NCBI GenBank assembly: GCA_003707115.1
Contig: PPNB01000003.1
Coordinates: 558,001 to 622,000 of the forward strand
Reading direction: 5' to 3'
Length of the DNA: 64,000 bases
Source: Tortispora ganteri
Taxonomy: Eukaryota
A model generated the notes under the pieces. That model was given only the letters and a program-made list of their open reading frames with translations. It did no database searches and was not told where the DNA came from. The translations under genes and the position numbers were made by a program. Positions within the stretch are counted from its first letter, which is position 1; each line of letters starts with the position of its first letter. Shown here one piece after another: positions 33,305 to 43,347 of this stretch.

Positions 33305-34507
33305 TTAGTCAAGCGATTCGCCTTTATCAATTCTAGCCAAAGCATGCATTGCAGCACGCGTCGATGAGTCTTTCTTACTGCTTCCATAACCTTGCCCAAT
33401 CGGAATTTTGTCGTCCAGTAAAGCAACAGAGTGAAATATAGTATTCTGATTAGAATGGGGATTGTTAAAGAGTTGTATTGTTTGAGTATCTTGCTTGAAC
33501 TTCCTTTTCACTTCAGACCGGAGATAGGAAGACAGCTCTTGAAAGTCAAAATACCGAACCACACGAGGATTGACTAATCGCTGAAGCGTAAATTTTGCCT
33601 GTTTATCCATATAGTTAGTAGCATCTATGGATGAAGTTTTATCGATAATGGGCTGAAACAAAGGACCAAGCCATGCGTATAAGATTGGATACGGGTCCCT
33701 TTTATTGTATTTGCAGTCCTGTACAATACCCCCAATGTATGCTTCAAAGAGATCAGCGTAGATTTTGCTTTTAACTTCTGTCTGTAGAGAATTACCTACT
33801 TTGACTTCTTTGTAGAGTTCATAAAGATCGGAGAATTTCTTGGCAGTTTCATTAGATACCAGACGAGAACGTAATATAGTTAATTCGCCTTCCCTTGCAT
33901 TTTGCATCGAATCATAGAGCAGGTTTGTAACTATATGATTAAGATAAGAATCGCCTAAGAATTCTAGCCTTTCATTGTCATCAACGTTATTTTCATTGCC
34001 GTATGATTTATGCACAAAGACTCTTTCTTTCACCTTTTTATCGTATATTGAAGGCAATGGGGGAGGAGTAGTGATTTGTCCATTGTACTGCTCCGATCCG
34101 GTTTTAATACCGAACAATTCACATTTCAAATAGTTTAGGTAGGGAATATCTATACGCTCACGTTCGGCTGCAGCGCAAACATCCTTTACTACTTCACGGA
34201 ATTCATTTATAATAGTTAATAGTCTGGTATAATGTAGATATATTGAGTCGAACTTGTCTTGCCATATTTCTTGTAAAAAACCTGTTTTGTCTTCCTCTGA
34301 TGTAACCGTAAATACCATTTGGCTTCTGCAGTGAACTATCGCTTTATAGAATTGTTCGTATGCGTTGAGAATATCAGGGTCAGTAGTTTTAAGGAAATTA
34401 TATTGAAACCATTCATTTAGATTAATTTCTAGACGTCTTAAAGATAGATGTACAGTTTCTCTGAGAGCCGCTTGCGGGCGGTTCGGGCGCATGCTCTGCA
34501 TAAGCAT
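33305..34507 (-). CDS. Class II RNase III (Rnt1/Pac1 or budding-yeast Dicer-like): N-terminal domain, RNase III, one dsRBD
   Basis: VFVHKS, NERLEFLGDS, ADLFEAYIG and dsRBD end GQGYGSSKKDSSTRAAMHAL. Confidence 0.88.
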   Translation of the reverse strand: MLMQSMRPNRPQAALRETVHLSLRRLEINLNEWFQYNFLKTTDPDILNAYEQFYKAIVHCRSQMVFTVTSEEDKTGFLQEIWQDKFDSIYLHYTRLLTIINEFREVVKDVCAAAERERIDIPYLNYLKCELFGIKTGSEQYNGQITTPPPLPSIYDKKVKERVFVHKSYGNENNVDDNERLEFLGDSYLNHIVTNLLYDSMQNAREGELTILRSRLVSNETAKKFSDLYELYKEVKVGNSLQTEVKSKIYADLFEAYIGGIVQDCKYNKRDPYPILYAWLGPLFQPIIDKTSSIDATNYMDKQAKFTLQRLVNPRVVRYFDFQELSSYLRSEVKRKFKQDTQTIQLFNNPHSNQNTIFHSVALLDDKIPIGQGYGSSKKDSSTRAAMHALARIDKGESLD

Positions 34508-34591
34508 GGTGGAGTCGTATTTTGTCAGTGTAACTGGTCATAAATCGTGACAGTGTGATATCTTTTTCTGAACTTAGTGACAAGTTGAACT

Positions 34592-36301
34592 ATGCGACAT
34601 AGAAGTACGCAATACAACACAATTACAGGATTATTATCTAATGAACCTTCGAAATGCATTAATTTTTTAACACTATGGGGTCCTCGTGGAACAGGAAAGA
34701 CTTCTGTCCTGCAAAAAGCTTTACATGATCTACAAATTGAGTACTATACTCTCCAGTGTAGTAAATGTTTGTCAAATCGATATTTTTTAGAGAAGCTACA
34801 AAGACTCATACTAAATAGAAGTCATATAACTGTAGTTGCGACACCTGAAGGTCAAAAGGTTCAAGAACTCTCTAGTCCAATAGCTACGTTGACCTTCTTC
34901 CACCTATTGCGCGACATAAGCCTGAACTACAATCCTTCGAACGCCAACAGCACGCTACTCATCGTACTAGACAACTTAGATCACATTTTACAATTTAACG
35001 AAGCTATATTTCAGCAACTTCTTAAATTCTTTGAGATTTTTCCTGACACAAATATCCGCTTCGTTGCTACAATAACGGTAACACCGCCTTTACGCTGCTT
35101 TCATCTTCATCTTCCCGTTATTAAATTTGCGCAATACACCTTGGACCAATGCATCGCAATTTTAAGCGAAGACCACCAGCTTGATCTTCTCACTTCGGAA
35201 AGCGCTGCCACTTCTGTTACCAAGCGTCAACGCATATCCTCTTTTGATTCAACTTTCTGGAACAACTATATAAGCACCGTCGTTTCTTCCTTCGGCGACT
35301 GGGTCAGCAGAGACCTCAGTCTACTAAGAAATATTGCCTTCAATCTCTTCCCTGAATTTGTTAGACCCATAGAGTCTGGTGCTGTCGCCTCCAGGGACTT
35401 TGCAAAACTCCTCAAGGCCAGTGCCCATCTATTCCAGCCTTCTGAACTCGCCACTACCATTCTCGCTGTTCCACGAACTGTCTATTCTTCGCAGACTCAA
35501 CTCTCTGCAGAGTCCCCTCTTTTGCTTCTTAAGAACGAATTTTCTTTTGCGACAGATGATTCTGTTTTATCAAAACTTCCAGATGTCTCCAAATACATCC
35601 TTTGCGCAGCCTATCTTGCATCTTATACATATGCTTCGCAGGATCCTGAACAATTTGGTCGATACACTCCAGGTACCGGTAACCGCTCTTGGAGCGAAAA
35701 GTCTGTAAATGGCAAGAAAGAATATACTACAAGCAGAAACATTGTTGATCAATCCGCCCGTCTCTATTCACCCCCTGGACTCGAGATAGAGAGAATCATT
35801 GCTATATTTTGGACTCTCTGCCCATCATACATCATGAGCTCAGAACTTCAGCACCTCGAAACTCGTGACTTGATGCACGATTTTAACTATGAATGCTCCA
35901 ATAGATATATATCGTTATTTTCGGGTACATCTTACTCTTACAGAGCAAACGGTGAGATCAATTATAGATCTCGTGCAGATCAGGTGGCCAATGCCTTAAA
36001 TGAACCGCCAGATGCTCCTGAAGTTACGTGCATGCAATTGCGACCTACAGTGGTAGATGGCAAAGGTATGGCTCCAGCATCATTAGGCACTGAAATTCAT
36101 ACTCTCTGTTCATTGAAGTTGTTGAAAAAGGTCAACGTTTTTTACAATCGCTCGAAATCTATTTCTTTCTCTGCATCTGAGGAAGGAAAGATCGACCTGC
36201 TCAATCCGAAAACTCGCATCAGAATCAATTTCACTGAAGAATTTATCAGGCGCGTAGCAAAAACGGTGTCCCTGTCCATTGATGACTACTTGAATTCATG
36301 A
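34592..36301 (+). CDS. ORC5: Origin recognition complex subunit 5
   Basis: Walker A GPRGTGKT, IVLDNLD, F.QYT, and ORC5 C-terminal SKYILCAAYLASY...D...F and ERIIAIF. Confidence 0.85.
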   Translation: MRHRSTQYNTITGLLSNEPSKCINFLTLWGPRGTGKTSVLQKALHDLQIEYYTLQCSKCLSNRYFLEKLQRLILNRSHITVVATPEGQKVQELSSPIATLTFFHLLRDISLNYNPSNANSTLLIVLDNLDHILQFNEAIFQQLLKFFEIFPDTNIRFVATITVTPPLRCFHLHLPVIKFAQYTLDQCIAILSEDHQLDLLTSESAATSVTKRQRISSFDSTFWNNYISTVVSSFGDWVSRDLSLLRNIAFNLFPEFVRPIESGAVASRDFAKLLKASAHLFQPSELATTILAVPRTVYSSQTQLSAESPLLLLKNEFSFATDDSVLSKLPDVSKYILCAAYLASYTYASQDPEQFGRYTPGTGNRSWSEKSVNGKKEYTTSRNIVDQSARLYSPPGLEIERIIAIFWTLCPSYIMSSELQHLETRDLMHDFNYECSNRYISLFSGTSYSYRANGEINYRSRADQVANALNEPPDAPEVTCMQLRPTVVDGKGMAPASLGTEIHTLCSLKLLKKVNVFYNRSKSISFSASEEGKIDLLNPKTRIRINFTEEFIRRVAKTVSLSIDDYLNS

Positions 36302-36385
36302 TACGCAAATTTTGCATTTATTACTTCGCTTATAGTGAAATGTGTCCATCCATTCGAAATTTTCATATATTGCCATTATTACTCC

Positions 36386-38122
36386 TTAGGCTTCTAATCC
36401 TAATGACTCGAGTAATTTATCTAGAGTATTCAGATCCTTTATATAATCCTTCGGCATCATATCGTCGCCTAGCGGGCCAAGCATCTCATCTTCCAACATA
36501 TCTAAATTGTATTTCCGAGAAAGGAAGTATCGTATACTGTCGATAAGCTCGATCGTATCCGTTTCCTGTCTTTCATTGATTCGCTGCGCACTTCGCAGTA
36601 TAGCTTCTGAGAATCTAGCATCATTCTTGTACTCGTCTAACATCTGTGCAATATGTTTAGCTGCCAACTCCTCTAGCCTGTCCATACTATAATCCCACCC
36701 TGCATATAGAACATCAAAGACATTGAAAGCATTATCTTTCAAACTCTTTCCTGAGATGCCATAAGAATTGCATATTGCCAACGAAGCCAAAGTTTTAAGC
36801 CTATCCAAACATAGAGCATCAGCAACCCTAAGAACCTCTAGGGCATCTGTAATGTTAATTTCTGCTTGGTCTGTGTATATAAACTGTAGCACAATCTCTA
36901 GAATCTGTGGCGTGACGTCGAGACTAGTGATTGGAAGTGTTACGGGCGCTTTGGATACCGCTTCACCAGTAAGTGGTTCCTCTGCAAATAAAGAGGCTTC
37001 TGCAAACGACGAGCTGAACATGGCTTCATAGTATGGCGAGCGTAGGAGCATGGCTCTGTGAACCGGATATAGCGTGACAAGGCCAGTGTCATCGTCCACG
37101 CTACTTATTATAATATCAGCACCAATCCTGAGAGCGTTGTATCCAGCAACATGTTCTAGTTTATCGTCATCAAATTTTCCAACTACTTTTGATGGCAATA
37201 CAGCCGTTTTAAGGAACGTTTCAAAGTCCTTCTGACCGAGTCTGTTGCACTCTTTGTGTCTTTCGTACATGCGACGCACGAGTGTAGCCTTGTCTGTGCA
37301 CTCATCATAGTCTGGCTTGCCTATGAGATCATACGTAGTGTTAACTAGATCCTGTACACCCAATATAGCAGATAGGGAAAGAATTTGGCCCTTTAGCTCA
37401 ACATTGTCTGGCAAGCTGGATGTAGATGAAATGTATATAGCGCGCAACACAGCATTTACTGCTTCGGGACTGAACTCACAACCTTCAATGCGATACACGG
37501 TCAAATCCTCTGCTGTGTCCTGGCTAAGTTTGCGTTGCAGTAGGTTAATCATTGTCGTGCTTCTAGCAGCAAGAACAAATCTGTGCACAGGATATGTCAA
37601 GGTCTGGTCCAGGTAGGTGTTGCTAATAACGAAATCGGCAGTTACAGGGCTACTTCGGTTAAGAAGTCCATATATATGCGCAGCAAAAGGTTGTACGCTG
37701 TCAACAGCCTTGGATATATCAAAACTTATTAGCAGCTCTCGGATATCGTCCGTGAGTGCCCCGTAGAGACACCGTTCACCTTGGAAAGTATCTCTGTCAC
37801 ACACTGCACCGTTCTCTAAAAGATATCGAACAACATCTATGTGACCACATAAGCTTGCTAATATGAGAGGAGAATAGTCGAAATCATCTATGATATTGAC
37901 GTCTATGTTGTATCCAGTGACTATAGTCTCGACGCTCTCGATGTCGCCCCGTCGACAAGCTTCACAAAGTGCGTCATATAATGTCTGATCTTTCTCCCTA
38001 AGGTACTCCCTTCTCTTCACAGAAACATCGTTCGCCAGTAGATTCGCAATAGTGTACTTGTTACTGGTGTATTTGTCCTTACTTCGAGCTTCCAGCTCCT
38101 CGTGGACCTCGCGAGTAGGCAT
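36386..38122 (-). CDS. Ankyrin repeat and BTB/POZ domain protein (ABTB1/Btb3/YIL001W-like Cul3 adaptor)
   Basis: SPLILASLCGH, GERCLYGAL, two BTB starts (HRFVLAARS and HRAMLLRSPYY) and RQETDTIEL; ATG at 38122. Confidence 0.88.
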   Translation of the reverse strand: MPTREVHEELEARSKDKYTSNKYTIANLLANDVSVKRREYLREKDQTLYDALCEACRRGDIESVETIVTGYNIDVNIIDDFDYSPLILASLCGHIDVVRYLLENGAVCDRDTFQGERCLYGALTDDIRELLISFDISKAVDSVQPFAAHIYGLLNRSSPVTADFVISNTYLDQTLTYPVHRFVLAARSTTMINLLQRKLSQDTAEDLTVYRIEGCEFSPEAVNAVLRAIYISSTSSLPDNVELKGQILSLSAILGVQDLVNTTYDLIGKPDYDECTDKATLVRRMYERHKECNRLGQKDFETFLKTAVLPSKVVGKFDDDKLEHVAGYNALRIGADIIISSVDDDTGLVTLYPVHRAMLLRSPYYEAMFSSSFAEASLFAEEPLTGEAVSKAPVTLPITSLDVTPQILEIVLQFIYTDQAEINITDALEVLRVADALCLDRLKTLASLAICNSYGISGKSLKDNAFNVFDVLYAGWDYSMDRLEELAAKHIAQMLDEYKNDARFSEAILRSAQRINERQETDTIELIDSIRYFLSRKYNLDMLEDEMLGPLGDDMMPKDYIKDLNTLDKLLESLGLEA

Positions 38123-38255
38123 ATCAACTGTCAACTACGGCTGTGCCTCGGATATTGGGACTAGCGTAACCGAATCCGGGGTATTTACACCACCCGGAAA
38201 GGGAATTTTCCGTTCTCCGATTTCCGTTTTCCGTTTTTCAACCAATTAAGCCGGT

Positions 38256-39059
38256 ATGCTTAGATCAGCATTGCGATCGAGTATCAGCCACATAAAACCG
38301 TTGACAGCACCTCCTCGTAGGTTTCAGCATCAAGCGCAGCGTATAGTGCGTCGAATTGTCGATGATGAGCCCAAACCTAAGAAACGGTTCACCATAATTG
38401 GCGTCGCGGGCACCTTCTTCCTATTCGGTGTTTGTATGTCTTATCTTGTCAAACCGAGCGATTACATTCTTTACAAATACGGCAATCCGCCTACCCCGGG
38501 CACTCCTGAAGCTCAGGCACATCAGGCTCAGATTCTCACACATTTGAACTCACTGAAGGCTGTCAAGGAACTCCGCAGCAACCCTGATTTTCAAGAAGTT
38601 CAGGGCTGGGACGGCATCCCCGGTGAATCGCTTAGAAAAAGTTATGTTTATAACACTCTTATTCGCCCTGGAGTAATATCAGTACCCAGCCTTGTATTTG
38701 TCAATCGCATTGATAAGCAGGTCTGCGTGGTCACTCATCTAGGCCACCAATCTTCTGGTTTACCCACCGTAGTCCATGGTGGACTCCTAGCCACACTACT
38801 TGATGAAGCTCTTGGCCGTACTTCTATGCTGTCCTTCGGAGATTCGCCTGGTGTTACGGCGAATCTTACTGTGAATTACAAGGCACCTACTCTGGTGGAT
38901 CAATGCGTCGTTATCCGTACAAACACTGAATCTATGTCTAGCCGGAAAGCAGTTGTGACTGCTGAAGTGTTCAGCGAACACGGCAAGCCTCTCGTAAACG
39001 CATACGCTACATTCGTCATGCCAAAGAACATCCCTTCCATTTTGCGCGTCAAATCTTAA
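38256..39059 (+). CDS. Mitochondrial hotdog-fold thioesterase (Fmp10/THEM4-like)
   Basis: Presequence, TM segment, HGGLLATLLDE and TANLTVNYKAP. Confidence 0.85.
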   Translation: MLRSALRSSISHIKPLTAPPRRFQHQAQRIVRRIVDDEPKPKKRFTIIGVAGTFFLFGVCMSYLVKPSDYILYKYGNPPTPGTPEAQAHQAQILTHLNSLKAVKELRSNPDFQEVQGWDGIPGESLRKSYVYNTLIRPGVISVPSLVFVNRIDKQVCVVTHLGHQSSGLPTVVHGGLLATLLDEALGRTSMLSFGDSPGVTANLTVNYKAPTLVDQCVVIRTNTESMSSRKAVVTAEVFSEHGKPLVNAYATFVMPKNIPSILRVKS

Positions 39060-39073
39060 ACAGCCTTTGTTAA

Positions 39074-42000
39074 CTAGCAGCCGTCCATGCAATCACATCC
39101 GCACCCGCTCGGACAAGACCTATTTCCTGCCTTCCACCAGCTACTTGCACAGTGTGCGTGCTGCACGTGCTGGCACACTAAGCACGCGGAAAACATACCT
39201 CGCACAATTAAACCGCAGTAATCGCACCTTGGTCCGGGGTAGTATGCACTGCATTTAGTGCACTTTGATCCTCGGTCGGTACTGGTCCAGTTTACCACCC
39301 CTCCGCACTTCGAACAAAGCATTTGAGTAACTGTGCCTTGGTGCTCGTCTGTGACCTGCGGCTCCGTGTTTTTAGTAAAATTTGTATACCCCGGACTAAT
39401 CAAAGAGACTAGACTATTAAAATGGAGAACCTCTGCCCTATGCACTTGAAGTCCCCATAAATATAACATCTCTGCATACTGGCTCCTATAATATGAATGA
39501 TGTCGGGCATATTTTGGATTTAGCAACGGCACAGAAGTTAAACTGCTGTCATAGCATTCACCATCTCGAACCATCTGTATGGTAACTTGGGTTCCCGAAT
39601 TCCTGGCATTCGCTTCTTCGGTGTGGCTAAGAATTTGCCCAACTAATCCGCTTCTGTTGTGTGTCGTTTCACCTCCAGTCGTTGATGAAGTTCCAATATG
39701 TGTCAGTTCTTGTCTGGGTGATGTAGAATAAAGCGGTAAGCGATTTAGAAATGTAGATCTGTGACTACTAATACCACGGTCATTCGGAGACGTAGAAGTG
39801 CCGTTCCGCTCACTTTCAAAACTCGTCCAGGAGCTATGTTTCTTTTCAAAATGTCTTTGTCCGCTATTGTCACTATCATATAATGCATTTTCCCAGCTAG
39901 CGACAGAATTTTCTCGACGTTGACGCTCTGAATGCCACTCGGAAGCAGTTTCAGGATCAGAAGTATAGTAGCGCGCTTCTGCTAGATTCTTGAAGTAGGG
40001 TAGCGTGTAAGCTGGCATTTTCATAGCAATCGGGATGGGAGTATCTTTTTTCTGGATAGAAGATAGTCCGATATACGATTCTGGTAAATGACCATTTAGA
40101 GCACTTGGTGCCGGCTCACAGAAAATGCATGCTAGCATACCCAGCATTTGAATGTCATGCTGTCTGTCAAAATATCCTAAAATCTCGTCAACAAGTATGG
40201 TACCAAATGGATGCTCACCCCATAACATTCTTCCCTTGATATCAGGGGTCTCACCAGATGCTTGCTTCGCTTGATCGGCAATGAGCAGAACATTCTTATT
40301 GTTCTCCCAATATGTCTTTTCCAAGATAAGAGGGACTTTATGGCTGACTATTAATCCTGTCAGGTACCAGATATCACCGAGAGATGAATAGCCGTATTTC
40401 CGAGCTACAGCTTCATTGTGTGCTATGACGGCATTAGCATCGGAGTCCAGAATGTGGTACTCTGCAGCTAGTCGTTTATCTAGCTTGGTTAGGTCACTGA
40501 AGTCAACAATGCAAACGTAATTTTTCTTTGACCCTCCTATAAGTCTCCGATCTCGTGAGTGTTGTGCAGTATTGTCATCGTGTGTATTCAGCGTTTCTGA
40601 TCTACTCGAAACAGTCGACTGCTTCAATTTGTAGTTCTGGAACCTCATATCATTGTACAGGTCAATGTTGTTATTCATACCCTGCCCTACTCCTTCTGGT
40701 CCGCGGCTGACTAGTCCAGCTGAAGTCTTCAAATGGGTAGGGATCTTCCACGACAGCTTTGACTGATACCTCCCAGTATCTTCGTCTTCTAGATATTCGC
40801 TGTCATCACTCGCTGCGTCCGAGACTTCTTGATCTTCCACACTTTCCATTCGGGAAGATACCGGCTGGTAAATTGAAGGTTTTTCAAGTATATCATTACC
40901 TAGATCGCTCTGAGAATTATCCGTGGTGCCAGTTTTATCTTTGCTCCAGTTACGTCTTCCCAGTGCATTTAGTCCTTGAAACTTGCGCTTAAATTTACTT
41001 TTCTTGAAATTGGCGAGCCCTAAAGTCTTTCCTTGGCTTTTAGAAGGAAGGAAACACACAAGACCACCGTCATTAGACCACAACGCACCACATGCTTTGG
41101 GTACCGGGACATTGTAATTTAGAAGAGGTTGTGTAACTGTAGAATTTTTTCCTGCTTCAAGAGTTGTATCTCGATCATCCTCATCCAACTCCGCATCAGA
41201 CGAGAATGAGGAGGATTTGGATGATGCGTCTGAAGTAGATCGATCTCTCACTGCATAAGGATTCATCGCTTTTGAGGGGCTTCTTTGAGAGTCATAGCTG
41301 TCCTTAGTTTCTGTCAATTCTAGATGGTCTATTTCTTCTTCTGATATAATCTTTGGTCGGTTGAGGATTCGTTCAATATCTGCAATTTGTAAGTCTCCCA
41401 GAAGGTAGCGTAGGGTTCCTTCAAGACAATAATGTTCAGTAGTCATATACATCTGAGCGACTTGCTGAATGCTTTTCTCCATTTCACGAATCATTTGTGG
41501 TGATATTTCGGAAGATCTTTCAATATTAAATTCCGGGGTTTTGCCTGAAGTAGGATAGCCAGAAGGAAACTGAATTTCGAGTCGCAAAAAAACAATCTTG
41601 TCGCCCGTAGGTTCTGAAGATGCAATTGGAGAGCTTATCGAGCCATCTGTGGGTGATTTGGCATTGGCCGCAGCAGATTGTAAAGGACTTTTGATGTTTT
41701 TATCACTTATATCACTTTCAACTTCTGGATCCTTTCGTCCCCATGGCCCATATAATGAAATTACTATGTAGCCAGTTGAAACATGAATTTTCTCAAACCG
41801 AACGTTAGGGAATTTGTGGCCGACAAGTGAGATTTCTTCTCCTAAGTTCTCCGGCACTATTTCTTGGCCACTGAACAGTGTAGATTCTTGAAGGGTGTCT
41901 ATCATGGGGTTCCCTTCACTCAGAGCAGCTTTTCCTAGCCGAACTCCAGCTAGCCAGCTTAAATGCGATGTCTGGCCGTGGATGCGGGTTCTTCCGAACG

Positions 42001-43174
42001 AATGTCTCGTCATCGTTCTGCCATATATTTTCTTTTCCATGGGTTCTTGATTCTGTGGGTCTCTAAAAGAAACATAAGGTGTTCCTCGTCGAGTGTTCTT
42101 ACGCCTGTATGGTCTGTTTGGCACATGATGGACAGTGGCGAGATCTTCAGGCTTCATTGGCCAGAGTCTCAAGTTATGATCCTTGGACCATGTAATTAGT
42201 TGATATTCACGGTCATCTATATCATCAGATCTACCCCGAGCTCTCCATAAAAACTCCAAAACGTGATCAGTGTGTCCTGAAAATTTCTTAACGGCGAAAT
42301 CTTCTATATTTCCTTGTTTGGACTCTCTGCTTATGTCGGTTAAGGTGAGAGTGTTATTGCCGCCTCGTTGAGGGAGTACAAGGCAGCCTCTACCGAATGG
42401 CGTGTGTCGAGCCCGCCAAATAGGATAATCTGCAGTGACAGACATTGTAGGCTCCAAAGGCGCAGTGCTAGACTCTGTGGTGGTGTAGTCCCATATTTTA
42501 AAAGTCCGGTCCAGTGAACACGTTATTAGATTTCCTTCACTCAAGCGATCAAAATCAAGGCCATAAATTTTTGTAGAATGAGCAGTGATTGTCTTAAGAG
42601 GTTTCGCTCCATGTCTGTTGTCCCATATATGCACATAGTTATCATGTGATGAAGCGAGGACTGTGGGGTTGGCTCTGTTCCATTTGACCTGAGTGGCACC
42701 AGCTCTCCAGTCGCAGAACGAGCCAGCGGGACGCATTGGAGCTCTCATATCCCAGTAGTTTACCCAAGAGTCAACACCACATGTAGCTAGCACTTCTGGA
42801 TCACTTGGATGGAAATTTATGTCGGTTATGGCGCGGGTGTGAGAATGGAGAATGTGCTCGATTTGCCTTCCCTCCGGCAGAGATAAGTTCCACACCATCG
42901 CCTTCTGATTGCTCGTAGATATAACCCACATGTATTTCGATGCATGTGGAGACCATTGCACGTCAGCAACTTCCCATGATGTTTGATGCGGTAGCCATCT
43001 AGGTAGCGAGAATGGATCATCCAAATCCACAATATACAGGCCGAGCCGTGACCCTAAGACTACGTCTCGACCAGACGGCGATATTGACATCGCCGTAACC
43101 GGCTCATCAATATGCAATGACAGCGCTGTATCAAATGTCATTGATGTAAAAAGCGATTTCTCTTTTTCATTCAT
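39074..43174 (-). CDS. MTC5: SEACAT/GATOR2 subunit Mtc5/Sea3 (WDR59)
   Basis: WD40 repeats (WEVADVQWSPH, STSNQKA), RWD-like domain and C-terminal RING (C..C..V.H..C...WW....CPSGCGC.C). Confidence 0.92.
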   Translation of the reverse strand: MNEKEKSLFTSMTFDTALSLHIDEPVTAMSISPSGRDVVLGSRLGLYIVDLDDPFSLPRWLPHQTSWEVADVQWSPHASKYMWVISTSNQKAMVWNLSLPEGRQIEHILHSHTRAITDINFHPSDPEVLATCGVDSWVNYWDMRAPMRPAGSFCDWRAGATQVKWNRANPTVLASSHDNYVHIWDNRHGAKPLKTITAHSTKIYGLDFDRLSEGNLITCSLDRTFKIWDYTTTESSTAPLEPTMSVTADYPIWRARHTPFGRGCLVLPQRGGNNTLTLTDISRESKQGNIEDFAVKKFSGHTDHVLEFLWRARGRSDDIDDREYQLITWSKDHNLRLWPMKPEDLATVHHVPNRPYRRKNTRRGTPYVSFRDPQNQEPMEKKIYGRTMTRHSFGRTRIHGQTSHLSWLAGVRLGKAALSEGNPMIDTLQESTLFSGQEIVPENLGEEISLVGHKFPNVRFEKIHVSTGYIVISLYGPWGRKDPEVESDISDKNIKSPLQSAAANAKSPTDGSISSPIASSEPTGDKIVFLRLEIQFPSGYPTSGKTPEFNIERSSEISPQMIREMEKSIQQVAQMYMTTEHYCLEGTLRYLLGDLQIADIERILNRPKIISEEEIDHLELTETKDSYDSQRSPSKAMNPYAVRDRSTSDASSKSSSFSSDAELDEDDRDTTLEAGKNSTVTQPLLNYNVPVPKACGALWSNDGGLVCFLPSKSQGKTLGLANFKKSKFKRKFQGLNALGRRNWSKDKTGTTDNSQSDLGNDILEKPSIYQPVSSRMESVEDQEVSDAASDDSEYLEDEDTGRYQSKLSWKIPTHLKTSAGLVSRGPEGVGQGMNNNIDLYNDMRFQNYKLKQSTVSSRSETLNTHDDNTAQHSRDRRLIGGSKKNYVCIVDFSDLTKLDKRLAAEYHILDSDANAVIAHNEAVARKYGYSSLGDIWYLTGLIVSHKVPLILEKTYWENNKNVLLIADQAKQASGETPDIKGRMLWGEHPFGTILVDEILGYFDRQHDIQMLGMLACIFCEPAPSALNGHLPESYIGLSSIQKKDTPIPIAMKMPAYTLPYFKNLAEARYYTSDPETASEWHSERQRRENSVASWENALYDSDNSGQRHFEKKHSSWTSFESERNGTSTSPNDRGISSHRSTFLNRLPLYSTSPRQELTHIGTSSTTGGETTHNRSGLVGQILSHTEEANARNSGTQVTIQMVRDGECYDSSLTSVPLLNPKYARHHSYYRSQYAEMLYLWGLQVHRAEVLHFNSLVSLISPGYTNFTKNTEPQVTDEHQGTVTQMLCSKCGGVVNWTSTDRGSKCTKCSAYYPGPRCDYCGLIVRGMFSACLVCQHVQHAHCASSWWKAGNRSCPSGCGCDCMDGC

Positions 43175-43347
43175 ATTTAATTATTGATGCATATAGTACA
43201 ATAGTGAAGTGAATCCTGATAAAACATACTCCCCGTTATATCCCAATTTCCCAAAATAGCCTTACATTATTGTAATTCCAGTTCTGGGAAGCATATTCGC
43301 GTTACATTCATAGACTAAATGTTTTATTATAATATTAGTAATTATGC

